This document shows, in pieces, positions 46,170 to 56,850 of a stretch of DNA of 62,359 nucleotides (within the stretch, counting starts at the first letter, position 1; every line of letters begins with the position of its first letter). Below the pieces are notes generated by a model that was given only the letters and a program-made list of their open reading frames with translations, ran no database searches and was not told where the DNA came from. Both the position numbers and the translations under genes were made by a program. The DNA lies in IMG/VR virus record IMGVR_UViG_3300032290_000471, positions 1 through 62,359 of that record. One strand, given 5' to 3'. The DNA comes from a virus. Taxonomy: Duplodnaviria > Caudoviricetes.

Positions 46170-47579
46170 ATGGCTATTTTAGGCACCCCCACTTACGCCC
46201 TGCAACCATCAGCGGAGCAGGTTGCGTTAAGTACAAACTACATTACTCAATTCGACTTCTTGAATCAGTATCTGCCTGATACTTATGAGAAAGAATTTGA
46301 GCGTTATGGTAACAGAACGGTATCTTCATTCCTCCGTATGGTAGGAGCTGAAATGCCTTCTAACTCAGACCAAATTAAATGGGCTGAACAAGGTCGTTTG
46401 CACATTAAGTATGTTAACTGTACTAGTGCTCAGGGAGCAGGTAGCGATACTGCTACTATTGCTGTAGCTGATGCAAATGTTACCTACATTGCAATCCGCG
46501 TTGGACAAACCGTATTGATTCAAGGACCTACAGGTCTTTACAACAAAGGTATTGTTACTGCCGTTCCTACTGCAACAACTTTTGATGTTGCTTACTACGA
46601 AGGTGGTGGTCAGACTTTTGCCGCAGGTGCTACTTGCTCTGTATTCATCTATGGTTCAGAGTTCAAGAAAGGTACTAACGGAATGGTTGGTTCTTTGGAA
46701 GCTGAAGACGATATCTACTCTAACAGCCCAATTATCATCAAAGATAAGTACGCTGTTAATGGTTCTGATATGGCTCAAATCGGTTGGGTTGAAGTGACTA
46801 CTGAGAACGGAGCTACAGGTTATCTGTGGTATCTGAAATCAGAGCACGAAACTCGTCTGCGTTTTGAAGACTATCTTGAAACCGCTATGATTGAAGCCGT
46901 ACCTGCTGAAGCTGCTTCAGGTGCTTTGGCCGCAGGATTGAAAGGTTCTGAAGGTATCTTCTACGTAGTAAACAACCGCGGTAACGTATGGGGCGGTGGT
47001 ACTCCTACAACTTTGGCAGATTGGGATACAATCGTATCTCGTTTGGATAAGCAGGGTGCTATCGAAGAGAACGTAGTGTTCGTAAATCGTGCTATGAGCT
47101 TCGATATCGACAACATGCTTGCTACCTTGAATGGTTGGAGTACAACAGGTGCTGCTAACGCTGCTTCTTATGGTTTGTTTGACAATGACGTTAACATGGC
47201 CTTGAACCTCGGTTTCAGCGGTTTCCGTCGTGGTTATGACTTCTATAAGTCAGATTGGAAATACCTGAACGACCCTACAATGCGTGGTGGTATGGTTACA
47301 GGATCTTTTGCAAATGGTACCGTTACAGGTTTGCTTGTACCTGCAGGTTCTACTTCAGTATACGACCAAATTATGGGTAAGAACGCTAAGCGTCCATTCT
47401 TGCACGTAAGATATCGCGCTTCTGAAGCTGAAGACCGCAGATACAAAACTTGGATTACAGGTTCTGCGGGCGGGGCTCAAACTAGCGACCTCGATGCAAT
47501 GGAAGTCAACTTCCTTTCTGAGCGTTGTGTTTGTACTCTTGGCGCAAACAACTTCGTATTGTTCCGTTACGGTTCATAA
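46170..47579 (+). CDS. Major capsid protein
   Basis: 469 aa, biased codon usage, followed by a strong terminator, position after scaffold. Confidence 0.85.
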   Translation: MAILGTPTYALQPSAEQVALSTNYITQFDFLNQYLPDTYEKEFERYGNRTVSSFLRMVGAEMPSNSDQIKWAEQGRLHIKYVNCTSAQGAGSDTATIAVADANVTYIAIRVGQTVLIQGPTGLYNKGIVTAVPTATTFDVAYYEGGGQTFAAGATCSVFIYGSEFKKGTNGMVGSLEAEDDIYSNSPIIIKDKYAVNGSDMAQIGWVEVTTENGATGYLWYLKSEHETRLRFEDYLETAMIEAVPAEAASGALAAGLKGSEGIFYVVNNRGNVWGGGTPTTLADWDTIVSRLDKQGAIEENVVFVNRAMSFDIDNMLATLNGWSTTGAANAASYGLFDNDVNMALNLGFSGFRRGYDFYKSDWKYLNDPTMRGGMVTGSFANGTVTGLLVPAGSTSVYDQIMGKNAKRPFLHVRYRASEAEDRRYKTWITGSAGGAQTSDLDAMEVNFLSERCVCTLGANNFVLFRYGS

Positions 47580-47596
47580 TCGGTTGGAATATAAAA

Positions 47597-47630
47597 AAGG
47601 GGCGCCCCACATGCGGCGCTCCTTCTTTTT
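47597..47630 (+). terminator. Intrinsic terminator after capsid gene
   Basis: AAGGGGCGCC-loop-GGCGCUCCUU plus U-tract. Confidence 0.8.
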
Positions 47631-47656
47631 CTTAATTAAATTAAATCTTAAATAAA

Positions 47657-48397
47657 ATGGCACAAAAAAACATATCTACAGATAAGATATACAGGCTTAA
47701 AAATGGCAGCCCACTTTCTTTCACTTTAGCATCAAGAAACCACGCGAGATTCCCTCTGCTTTGGTTTGACGAAAAGAACAACGTAAATAAACCTCTCAGA
47801 TACGCAGTAAACCAAAAGTCCCCATTTGAGGACGAGCAGGATGACAACGTAATCTTAGAGCCTATTGTATTTGAGGACGGACTATTAAGAGTCCCTAGAA
47901 CCAACCCCGTACTTCAGCAATTCTTGCACTACCACCCACAGAATGGTATTGTTTTCACTGAAATTGACAATGAAAGAGACGCTTCAGAGGAAATAAAAGA
48001 CATCAATATAGAAGTAGACGCTATGATTGAGGCGAGAAAGCTGACTATAGACCAATTAGAGATTGTCTACAGGGTATTGTTCTCTAGAGACCCATCTACA
48101 TTAACTACGGCAGAATTAAGGCGTGATATCTTGGTATATGCCAAGAAAGACCCTGAGCACTTTATCAATATAATTGAAGACCCTACATTGAAACATCAAT
48201 CAAAGGTTAGGGTATTCTTTGATAAGGGACTTTTAATATTAAAGAACAATAGCAAAGAGGTATGGTTTAATACCCATTCAAACAAGAAGAAGATGATGAA
48301 CATTCCATTTGGTGATGATCCATTCTTTGCGGTAGCCCAATACTTGCAATCTGACGATGGCATAGATTCGCTTAAATTATTGGATAGTTCACTTTAA
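47657..48397 (+). CDS. Conserved hypothetical protein downstream of capsid gene
   Basis: 246-aa ORF. Confidence 0.75.
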   Translation: MAQKNISTDKIYRLKNGSPLSFTLASRNHARFPLLWFDEKNNVNKPLRYAVNQKSPFEDEQDDNVILEPIVFEDGLLRVPRTNPVLQQFLHYHPQNGIVFTEIDNERDASEEIKDINIEVDAMIEARKLTIDQLEIVYRVLFSRDPSTLTTAELRRDILVYAKKDPEHFINIIEDPTLKHQSKVRVFFDKGLLILKNNSKEVWFNTHSNKKKMMNIPFGDDPFFAVAQYLQSDDGIDSLKLLDSSL

Positions 48398-48407
48398 ATA
48401 TACTGCT

Positions 48408-48439
48408 GAGAGGAGCCTAAAAAGTTCCTCTCTTTTTTT
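48408..48439 (+). terminator. Intrinsic terminator
   Basis: GAGAGGA...UCCUCUC plus U7, immediately followed by a TATCTTTG box at 48441-48448. Confidence 0.7.
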
Positions 48440-48463
48440 ATATCTTTGTATGAAAAGAAACTG

Positions 48464-49447
48464 ATGATAAATTCAGTAAGAAATACCGTATTGTCAGTAT
48501 TGAATAAGAACAATTACGGATACATATCTCCATCCGACTTTAATCTGTATGCCTTGCAGGCTCAGATGGAAGTGTACGAAGAGTATTTTAGCAATTATAA
48601 TAAGATTATAAATAGCGAAAATAATAGGATGTCAGGCACTGATTATGCCGATATTCGCAAGCAAATAATGGAGGTTATAGAGCAATTCTCTGTTACAGAT
48701 TTCCTGCATCCTTTTGACTACGACAACCCTGATATAAATAGAAATAGATTCTACTTGCCATCGCTTACTACTACAGGCAGCGAGGCATTTATGATTAATA
48801 AGATTGTAGGGTATCCAAATGTTACTGTTGTTGGCGTAAACGATAATGTTTTAACTAATTTTCTAATAGATTCTACCGCTTCTTTTGTTGGAGTTGTCAA
48901 TCAAGGTGATTTTGTAATCAATTGGACAACGCTTCAGTCTGCTATTGTATATACTATAGTTAGTAATACTGACTTAATTATAAGCGCAGATATATTCCAA
49001 AATGTGGGCGACGACTATTACATTGTGTCGGCACAACAGTATAAGGAATTGGAGAAGGTGAACCTGTCTAAGATAACTATGTTGAATCTGTCAAATCTGA
49101 CAGCGCCAAGCAGTTTGTTCCCTGTGTTCACGCAGGAGGACTATTTGATGCAGGCGTATCCTATATCTAGCACATATGTCCTAGGTAAGTTAGGTCAGAT
49201 TCAGGCGCAGTACTTTAGGTACCCTAAACCACCAAAATGGACATATATTACACTTGCAGGTGGCGAGCCGTCTTTTGACCAATCTCAGCTTGATTATCAA
49301 GACTTTGAGGTGCCACAAGAGGATGAGTATAAGATAGCTATGAAGATTCTTCAGTATTGTGGTATATCTATCAGAGAAGCAGAGGTTACTCAGTTTGGTA
49401 TGGCTCAGGAGCAACACGAACAACCAACATTCAGTCAACAACAATAA
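48464..49447 (+). CDS. Head-tail adaptor/tail tubular protein
   Basis: MINSVRNTVL..LNK...GYISP; YFRYPKPPKW. Confidence 0.6.
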   Translation: MINSVRNTVLSVLNKNNYGYISPSDFNLYALQAQMEVYEEYFSNYNKIINSENNRMSGTDYADIRKQIMEVIEQFSVTDFLHPFDYDNPDINRNRFYLPSLTTTGSEAFMINKIVGYPNVTVVGVNDNVLTNFLIDSTASFVGVVNQGDFVINWTTLQSAIVYTIVSNTDLIISADIFQNVGDDYYIVSAQQYKELEKVNLSKITMLNLSNLTAPSSLFPVFTQEDYLMQAYPISSTYVLGKLGQIQAQYFRYPKPPKWTYITLAGGEPSFDQSQLDYQDFEVPQEDEYKIAMKILQYCGISIREAEVTQFGMAQEQHEQPTFSQQQ

Positions 49448-49453
49448 TAACAG

Positions 49454-50377
49454 ATGGCATATATATCCCAATATCAGTACTATACTAACAATGGCAATAC
49501 GCCTCAGGATGCGAATTGGGGTTCGTATCAATATGTATCCCTGTATGATATAGTCAACAACTTCATGTTGATGCATACGGGCAACCACTCTCTTATTAAT
49601 AACGAGGAGAGGTATAAAGTATTGTTTCACGCAAAGAGAGCTGTTCAAGAATTAAATTACGATGCTTTTAAGGAGATAAAGGTTCTTGAGTTATCTGTTG
49701 TTGACAACTTAAGATTTGTATTGCCATCCGATTTTGTTAATTGGGTAAGGATTTCTCTTTATAAAGATGGATACCTTAGACCATTGACGGAGAACATTCA
49801 AACCCTTTCATCAAACGCATATCTTCAGGACAATAATGGCAACATCTTGTTTGACCAAAATGGGAATATTCTTCAGCCTCAAAATTCAAATATTGATTAT
49901 GACAGGATTATGAAGACCAAGAAGAGTATTTATCTGAATCAAAACAGCCCATACAATAATCAGTTGGGTTGGTGCGTAGATGGTCTTTGGTATTTTGATT
50001 ATACGATAGGCACTCCGTTTGGTCTTAATACAGAGACTGCCAACTTTAATCCTACTTTTAATATTGATAAGAAGGCGGGAGTTATTAACTTTGATTCGTC
50101 TATGGCGGGAGAGACATGTATTCTTGAGTACATCTCAGATGGAATGGAAAATGGGGACGACTCATTGGTAAGCGTAAATAAGCTATTTGAGAAATATATC
50201 TATGCATACATCCTATATGAAATCATAAGTTCAAAATTAGGAGTTCAAGAGTATATTGTAGCTCGTGCAAGAAAAGAGAAAAGTGCTTTGCTGCGTAATG
50301 CTAAAATTAGAATCAGTAATATCCATCCCGGTAGACTCTTGATGAATCTGCGTGGCATGGACAAGATTATAAAATAA
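49454..50377 (+). CDS. Tail tubular/structural protein
   Basis: LPSDFVNWVRIS, ILEYISDG. Confidence 0.6.
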   Translation: MAYISQYQYYTNNGNTPQDANWGSYQYVSLYDIVNNFMLMHTGNHSLINNEERYKVLFHAKRAVQELNYDAFKEIKVLELSVVDNLRFVLPSDFVNWVRISLYKDGYLRPLTENIQTLSSNAYLQDNNGNILFDQNGNILQPQNSNIDYDRIMKTKKSIYLNQNSPYNNQLGWCVDGLWYFDYTIGTPFGLNTETANFNPTFNIDKKAGVINFDSSMAGETCILEYISDGMENGDDSLVSVNKLFEKYIYAYILYEIISSKLGVQEYIVARARKEKSALLRNAKIRISNIHPGRLLMNLRGMDKIIK

Positions 50378-50380
50378 AAT

Positions 50381-53300
50381 ATGGCAGATATTACAAGGAA
50401 CTTTACGGCAGGTAGAATGAATAAGCTCATAGATGAGAGGCTTGTTCCTGATGGTGAGTATATAGATGCCATGAACATCAGAATGGGCTCTACCGAGCTG
50501 TCTGAGGTTGGTGTCATAGAAAACACCAAGGGTAATATCGCATTGACTGCATTGACCTATACAGACGGGACTCCATTGAGTATTGATGCTGTTTGTATTG
50601 GTTCTATAGCCGATAGCGCACATGAAACATTGTATTGGTTTGTTCACGACCCAAACTTTCCTGTTGGAGCAACGGGCAAGTTGGATTTGATTGTTTCATA
50701 CAATGTATTTACAAACATACTAACGTATCACGTAATTAGTATTGACGATGGGAATGGTGCAGTAACAACGCTGAACTTCAATCCAAAGTATTTGATTACG
50801 GGAGTCAACTTGATTGAGAATCTTTTATTCTTTACTGATAACTATAATCAACCAAGATTTATAGATATAAGAAATAATTATAGCAATCCTGTTGCTGACG
50901 TAGACCAATTCAGCGCAGAGTCTATTTTAGTTATAAAGAAGCCACCTACGCAGTCTCCTACAATACAGCCATTTATAACAGGCGGTCAGCAGAATTATCT
51001 TACAGAAAGGTTTATATGCTTTGCCTACAGATATAGATATGCCAATGGAGAGTACTCTGCTACTTCTCAATGGTCTGAGCCATCATTTGTACCAAACCCA
51101 TTCAACCTCAGCATTAGCAGTGTACTTAATGAGGGTATGGTAAACTTCTGTAACGCTTGTATTGTAACCTACAATTCAGGCGGTCCTCTTGTTGTTGGTG
51201 TCGACTTGCTTTTCAAGCAGTCATCAGGTGGTATCATTAAGATTATTGAGAAACTGAACAAGCAGGAGTTAGGATTGTCTGACAATACAGACTATACGTA
51301 TACATTCACCAATAGTAAGATATTTACTGTTCTGCCTGATTCAGAGATACTTAGATTGTATGACAATGTGCCTAGATTGGCTAAAGCCCAAACTATAATG
51401 GGTAACAGGCTGATGTATGGCAACTATGTTGAGGGGTATGATATGATTGACTTAAATGGCGACCCAACAAGATTAACTTATACAACGTCATTAGTATCGC
51501 AAGAAATAGGAACGACTAATGTACCTGACTCTACAAGCTCAGGAAACTATAGTATTGATGGTGCGGTTACTGTCGTTGATTCGGTGCTTGAGTTAGATTT
51601 GACAGACGCCAATTTGGTACAGGGTTCTGTATTGTCTTTTGATGTCACTCTTACTCACGCTCAGTTTTCAGGGCCTGTTACCCCAACTGATACTACAGCT
51701 AACTTCACCGTTAGCTTTGCTTTCTTCTTACCGCAGAACTACGCTTCTGTTTCCGACATGGTAAACAGCGTTCAGTTCCAAGATGCTATCGGTACGAATA
51801 CAAATACACAGACGGTGTATCCATCGTTTTTATCATGCGATGGTATAACATTCACCGACAACATAAATTGCGTAACGCCAATGACATTGGATACGTATAC
51901 CAAGTATGACTATGGTGTTACTCCATTGGCTAAGCATATTGTGGCTACTGCTACAGCAGGCAGTCCGATTGTGAAGATTCAGTTTGCTGCGACTAAATAT
52001 GCAGACACAGCTTCTCCTACAAACTATGCTTTTGAGTATTATAAAGTAGTATCTTCTGAGGCTACATTCCAAGAGATAGCGATGCCAAAGAGTTTGCATA
52101 GTAATAGAGACTATGAGATTGGTATCGTTTATATGGACGAGTTTAACAGGTCAAGTACAGCACTTGTAAGCCTTAACAATACCGAGCATATATCATGTAG
52201 TCTGTCTAGTTACAAGAACTCTATTCAGGTTACAATACCTACCTCACAGATTGCTCCTTATTGGGCTAAGAGATACAAGTTTGTGATAAAGCCTGACAGA
52301 GAGAATTATGAGACCATATATAGCAACTTATTCTTTGAGGACCCCGACAATAATAATGTATATTTTTACTTAGAGGGTGAGAATGCAAGAAAGGTAGAGC
52401 AAGGAGATAGATTGATTGTTAAGTCAGATAGTAATGGTCCTGTATTTAATTGCGCATACGCTACGGTTCTTGAGAAAGAAACAAAAGCAGAAGGTTTTAT
52501 AACTCCTCTATCAGGCTCAACTCCTCCCGCAGGAGTTTATATGAAGATTATTCCTAGCGAGTTTGCTGCTATAGAAGACCCTAATGCAATAATAGCTCCC
52601 GGTACTATACAAGTAGATGAGAATACGCCCAATGAGTGGCCATATATGGACTACCCAATGAACATTGAGGACCCATCTACACCGGGTATGTATATAGACT
52701 ATACTATACCTGCGGGCAGTAGGATAAAGCTATATATTAAATTCCAAAGAACAGGAACAGGTGGCGGTGCAGGACTTTGTGAAAAGAGAGTATATATACT
52801 AAATACTGTATTGGTTTCTTCTGCCAACTACGATAATATGGCCGATTGGTTTATCGGAGATAATGTAGAGTTGATATTAAACACAGGAGTTCAGGATGTT
52901 GGTGGCGGAGGATGTCCCATAAATAATACTTTTTATGGTGTACAAACTATTCCATCTGCTACATTCGGTCCTGTTACAGGTGAATTGTGTAATAATCATT
53001 TTTTCTTTAGAAGAAGTTCAGTCACAAATAGATTGGTTCTTACCATTACGGGTACCGAAAGATGCCCGGGATGGACAGCTCCTCCTAGAAGAAGATCAAG
53101 TATAATAACAGACATTGAGGTATTCAGAGCGGAAGGTGCTTTCATATTTGAGACAGAGCCTTCAGATGCTTTGCCTGATATATTCTACGAGAACAATCTT
53201 TCTTTTGAAATAGATAGCAATGGTCAGCATATGGGTAATGTACAGGACCAAAACTTTGGTCTTAACCAACCTGCTATAGTTGACACTAACTTTTTCAACT

Positions 53301-55417
53301 GCTTTGCTTTTGGTAACGGAGCAGAGAGTTATAAGATAAGAGACTCTATCGTAGGAAAACCATTGAGCTTGGGACTCAGAGTTACTTCAGTATCCGCTCA
53401 GGATTACAAGGAAGCCAATAGATTTGCGGATATCACATATAGTGGTATATACAACCCTGAGACCAATTTTAACAAGCTAAATGAGTTTAATCTTGGTCTG
53501 CTTGACTATAAGAACTTAGAGGTTTCTTTTGGACCGATATACGTATTGGACGGGAGAGAGACTGACGTATTAGTATTGCAGGAAGACAAGATATCGTATG
53601 TATTGGCGGGGAAAAACTTGTTATCAGATTCTGCGGCAGGCGGTGCAATCACATCAGTACCTGAGGTGTTGGGTACGCAAATAGCGAGAACTGAGAAGTA
53701 TGGCATCAGCTTTAACCCTGAGAGTTATGTTCAGTGGGGATACGACAGGTACTTTACTGATGCTAAAAGAGGGGCCGTCATTCAGTTGGTTGGCAACTCA
53801 TACTCTAACGAGCAGATAAAGGTGGTATCGGAACAGGGTATGCGTACTTGGTTTAGAGATGTGTTTAATGCGTCATTTAATACACAGAAACTAGGGGGCT
53901 TTGACCCTTATATGAACGAATATGTGCTTTGCGCTACAGATAGAGACTTGCCTGTAGATGACCAATGTTTGGAGTGTGGGGTGTCTCAGGTGTTTACATT
54001 GGCTAATGGCGGACCTAAGATGGAGTATTGTGTAGACTTGGGCCCATTGGTTGGAGACTCTACTATAACTTGGAATGTAATAAGCATAGACCCCGGTGCT
54101 AACTTTAGTTTTGATATAACTTATAATGGTACTACTGTTTCTACGCCGACTACTTCTTCTAGTGGTTCATTTACATTTACAAAAGACTTTAATTATGTAG
54201 AGATTGCTGATATTGGTATTTCATACACGGGGTCTGTTGTTTTAGATGTAACCGTAAGTTGTCCTGACCCTCAAGAGATGACAATCGTTCAGATTGTACT
54301 TACTAGAGATGCTGATTCAGGAGATACCATACATGCCGAATACTTTTATGCGGCAGGTACATATGTGTCACCAACGCAATCAAATTTGGTTCTTTTTGCT
54401 AGCGGCACATCCAATCCTTTGGTGTCTGCGTACAATATGTTTACAGGGTATGCGGGTGCAGGTGGATTCCCTCCTGATGGAGCTACAGTTCAAATACAAA
54501 CCAATAAGATTGGATTTGATACATATAATTTTGACATATTAAGCAATAAGCTGAGATACTATAGAAGTGGTACGCTATATACAAATACTCCTTCTAACAT
54601 GAGTACTTTGCTTGCGTTGTCTACAGAATCAACTCCTATATTAGGCGGTCCAAATACGTATTACTCTGTATTTGCTGTTCCTCCTTCAACGTCAGGTCAA
54701 TATCTTTATTTGATATATGACCTTAGAAGCTCTGTTTCATCAGAGTTGTGTTACCACCCCAATAGCATTGACGAAGTTTGTTGTAATTGCGCAGATTGTT
54801 TACCTGAAGATTGTGCTACTTATAATGTTACAGCTCCTGCGGGCGGAGGAGATGTGGAGATATTATTTAATAATGGGTTATGCGGAGAAGTTACTCCTTA
54901 TACACTTAACGTATTGGACGGAGAAACTATTCAACTTTGCGTGAACAACAAAACGTATGAAATAATTGAAGGTTCGCCAATTATACAGGCGTTGTCTTGC
55001 GACTGCACTCCATGCGAAGAGTCATGTTGGACTTTTGCAATAGAGGGAATAGTAGGTGCTAGCGTTTGGATTGACTACATTGATTGTTTTAGTGGAGAGA
55101 AAGTGATAAAACAATTCACTGCAAGTTCAAGTATATGTACTCCGATAGGATTGTATCCTATTTTATATGATGGATTTTGCAATATAATATTGTTTAACGA
55201 CTGCGGATGCTGTACAGATTCTACATGCTACACTTGGTACTTTACAAACAATAGTGCAACGGAAAGCGCTTCAATAAATTACACGGATTGTTCAGGCGCT
55301 CCTGCCACTGTGAATCTGCTTGGAGGCGCTAACTTTACTGTGTGCGGAACTCCTGAATACCCTGAGGTGACTTCGGGTAGTGTAACAATAACCTTTGAAT
55401 GCTATTGTATAGTTTAA
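50381..55417 (+). CDS. Tail nozzle/DNA-stabilisation protein with Cys-rich C-terminal repeats
   Basis: FTAGRMNK..DERLVPDGEYIDAMN start, LFFTDNYNQPR, GNRLMYGNY, GISFNPES, GGFDPY. Confidence 0.7.
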   Translation: MADITRNFTAGRMNKLIDERLVPDGEYIDAMNIRMGSTELSEVGVIENTKGNIALTALTYTDGTPLSIDAVCIGSIADSAHETLYWFVHDPNFPVGATGKLDLIVSYNVFTNILTYHVISIDDGNGAVTTLNFNPKYLITGVNLIENLLFFTDNYNQPRFIDIRNNYSNPVADVDQFSAESILVIKKPPTQSPTIQPFITGGQQNYLTERFICFAYRYRYANGEYSATSQWSEPSFVPNPFNLSISSVLNEGMVNFCNACIVTYNSGGPLVVGVDLLFKQSSGGIIKIIEKLNKQELGLSDNTDYTYTFTNSKIFTVLPDSEILRLYDNVPRLAKAQTIMGNRLMYGNYVEGYDMIDLNGDPTRLTYTTSLVSQEIGTTNVPDSTSSGNYSIDGAVTVVDSVLELDLTDANLVQGSVLSFDVTLTHAQFSGPVTPTDTTANFTVSFAFFLPQNYASVSDMVNSVQFQDAIGTNTNTQTVYPSFLSCDGITFTDNINCVTPMTLDTYTKYDYGVTPLAKHIVATATAGSPIVKIQFAATKYADTASPTNYAFEYYKVVSSEATFQEIAMPKSLHSNRDYEIGIVYMDEFNRSSTALVSLNNTEHISCSLSSYKNSIQVTIPTSQIAPYWAKRYKFVIKPDRENYETIYSNLFFEDPDNNNVYFYLEGENARKVEQGDRLIVKSDSNGPVFNCAYATVLEKETKAEGFITPLSGSTPPAGVYMKIIPSEFAAIEDPNAIIAPGTIQVDENTPNEWPYMDYPMNIEDPSTPGMYIDYTIPAGSRIKLYIKFQRTGTGGGAGLCEKRVYILNTVLVSSANYDNMADWFIGDNVELILNTGVQDVGGGGCPINNTFYGVQTIPSATFGPVTGELCNNHFFFRRSSVTNRLVLTITGTERCPGWTAPPRRRSSIITDIEVFRAEGAFIFETEPSDALPDIFYENNLSFEIDSNGQHMGNVQDQNFGLNQPAIVDTNFFNCFAFGNGAESYKIRDSIVGKPLSLGLRVTSVSAQDYKEANRFADITYSGIYNPETNFNKLNEFNLGLLDYKNLEVSFGPIYVLDGRETDVLVLQEDKISYVLAGKNLLSDSAAGGAITSVPEVLGTQIARTEKYGISFNPESYVQWGYDRYFTDAKRGAVIQLVGNSYSNEQIKVVSEQGMRTWFRDVFNASFNTQKLGGFDPYMNEYVLCATDRDLPVDDQCLECGVSQVFTLANGGPKMEYCVDLGPLVGDSTITWNVISIDPGANFSFDITYNGTTVSTPTTSSSGSFTFTKDFNYVEIADIGISYTGSVVLDVTVSCPDPQEMTIVQIVLTRDADSGDTIHAEYFYAAGTYVSPTQSNLVLFASGTSNPLVSAYNMFTGYAGAGGFPPDGATVQIQTNKIGFDTYNFDILSNKLRYYRSGTLYTNTPSNMSTLLALSTESTPILGGPNTYYSVFAVPPSTSGQYLYLIYDLRSSVSSELCYHPNSIDEVCCNCADCLPEDCATYNVTAPAGGGDVEILFNNGLCGEVTPYTLNVLDGETIQLCVNNKTYEIIEGSPIIQALSCDCTPCEESCWTFAIEGIVGASVWIDYIDCFSGEKVIKQFTASSSICTPIGLYPILYDGFCNIILFNDCGCCTDSTCYTWYFTNNSATESASINYTDCSGAPATVNLLGGANFTVCGTPEYPEVTSGSVTITFECYCIV

Positions 55418-55421
55418 TTAT

Positions 55422-55997
55422 ATGCCAATACCACAAACATACTACCTTAATGGTAACGACTTGCAGTCGTCGACTGCTGTATTTTTAGATGCCGCATTGA
55501 CAATATGTGCTCCTGATGGATATTACTCTGACGGGACTGTGACAAGAAAGCAAATTTCTTGTGTTTTATCTACGGAATCTACGTGCCCATCGTGTTGCCA
55601 CGACACATGCTCTCTTTGGAACTTCAAAAGTATCGTAGGTGCGTTCACGGTGAGTTATACCGAATGCTCGACAGGAGATGTTATTGAGGTGACATATCCT
55701 GACCCGACAGACGTGGATATTTGTGTGGTATATGGTACAACACCGACATTAGTATCAGGAGATGCTGACTTGACGCTTAAGAAAGAGTGCGGATGCTGCT
55801 TGACAACCTGCTCATCTTGGCAGCTTCAATCTTACGTGGGGTCTCCCGCTTCTTTTTTCTATAAAGACTGCGATGGTAATCCTGTAACGATATCTATAAT
55901 CGAAAACGATTCTACAACTGTATGTGCTATAGACGGATACAGGCCTGAATTGATTGCAGGTGTAGGTACAGTATCTTTGTTTTCTTGTGAATGCTAA
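55422..55997 (+). CDS. Cys-rich structural protein
   Basis: Two copies of the Cys repeat seen in the upstream gene. Confidence 0.7.
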   Translation: MPIPQTYYLNGNDLQSSTAVFLDAALTICAPDGYYSDGTVTRKQISCVLSTESTCPSCCHDTCSLWNFKSIVGAFTVSYTECSTGDVIEVTYPDPTDVDICVVYGTTPTLVSGDADLTLKKECGCCLTTCSSWQLQSYVGSPASFFYKDCDGNPVTISIIENDSTTVCAIDGYRPELIAGVGTVSLFSCEC

Positions 55998-56007
55998 AAA
56001 AATATAA

Positions 56008-56826
56008 ATGAGTTATACACTGACATATAGTAATGCTGTTGAGGGGTGGCCCTCGTTCTATTCATATTATCCTGATTGGATTATAGGGATGAATAACTAC
56101 TTGTACACATTTAAAGGTGGCGACCTGTACAAGCACAATGTAAATAATACTAGGAACACATTCTATGAGCAGTGGTGGACTAAGTATGGCTCTCCAAGTA
56201 ATGCATTTACACCTAGCAGGATAAAGAGTGTTATGAACGCCTCTGCATTGGATAATAAGCTATTTAAGACCATTACACTGCAAGGAGACAGCGTTTGGAG
56301 CGGAACATTTACAACTGATTTGCAATCATCAGGATTCATTCAGTCAAATTGGTTTGAGAAGAAGGAGCAGGCTTATTTTGCGTTCATACGAAACCAAGAT
56401 GTGGGTGTGGCGGGATATGCCCTGAGGAGTCTGAATGGTATAGGCAATACGCTTACCGTTACAGGTGGTGGCACTGAGTTGAATTTCTCTATCAATCCGC
56501 TTATTGCGATAGGTGGTATCGTAAGCATTGGGGACTACATATATTTCGCTGTACCTCCTACTTACAACGTCACTTACTTGGCAGGTAAGGTGACCAATAT
56601 CATACAGAACTACCCATTAGGTACCAATCAGATAGTAATAGATACAAGTATCTCAGGGACAACGCCTATACCGGGGAATGTGGTGTACATATTCTACATT
56701 AAGAACTCAGTAGCAGAGTCTCATGGCGTACTTGGTCACTATTGCGTTTTTGAGATGGAGAACAGCAGTTCTAGTAAGATAGAATTGTTTGCGGTCGAGT
56801 CAAACGTGATGAAAAGTTTTCCTTAA
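56008..56826 (+). CDS. Tail nozzle C-terminal-like protein
   Basis: TLTYS..VEGWPSFYSY.PD; KLFKTITL. Confidence 0.6.
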   Translation: MSYTLTYSNAVEGWPSFYSYYPDWIIGMNNYLYTFKGGDLYKHNVNNTRNTFYEQWWTKYGSPSNAFTPSRIKSVMNASALDNKLFKTITLQGDSVWSGTFTTDLQSSGFIQSNWFEKKEQAYFAFIRNQDVGVAGYALRSLNGIGNTLTVTGGGTELNFSINPLIAIGGIVSIGDYIYFAVPPTYNVTYLAGKVTNIIQNYPLGTNQIVIDTSISGTTPIPGNVVYIFYIKNSVAESHGVLGHYCVFEMENSSSSKIELFAVESNVMKSFP

Positions 56827-56850
56827 ATTTGTAATATAAAACATAAACAA

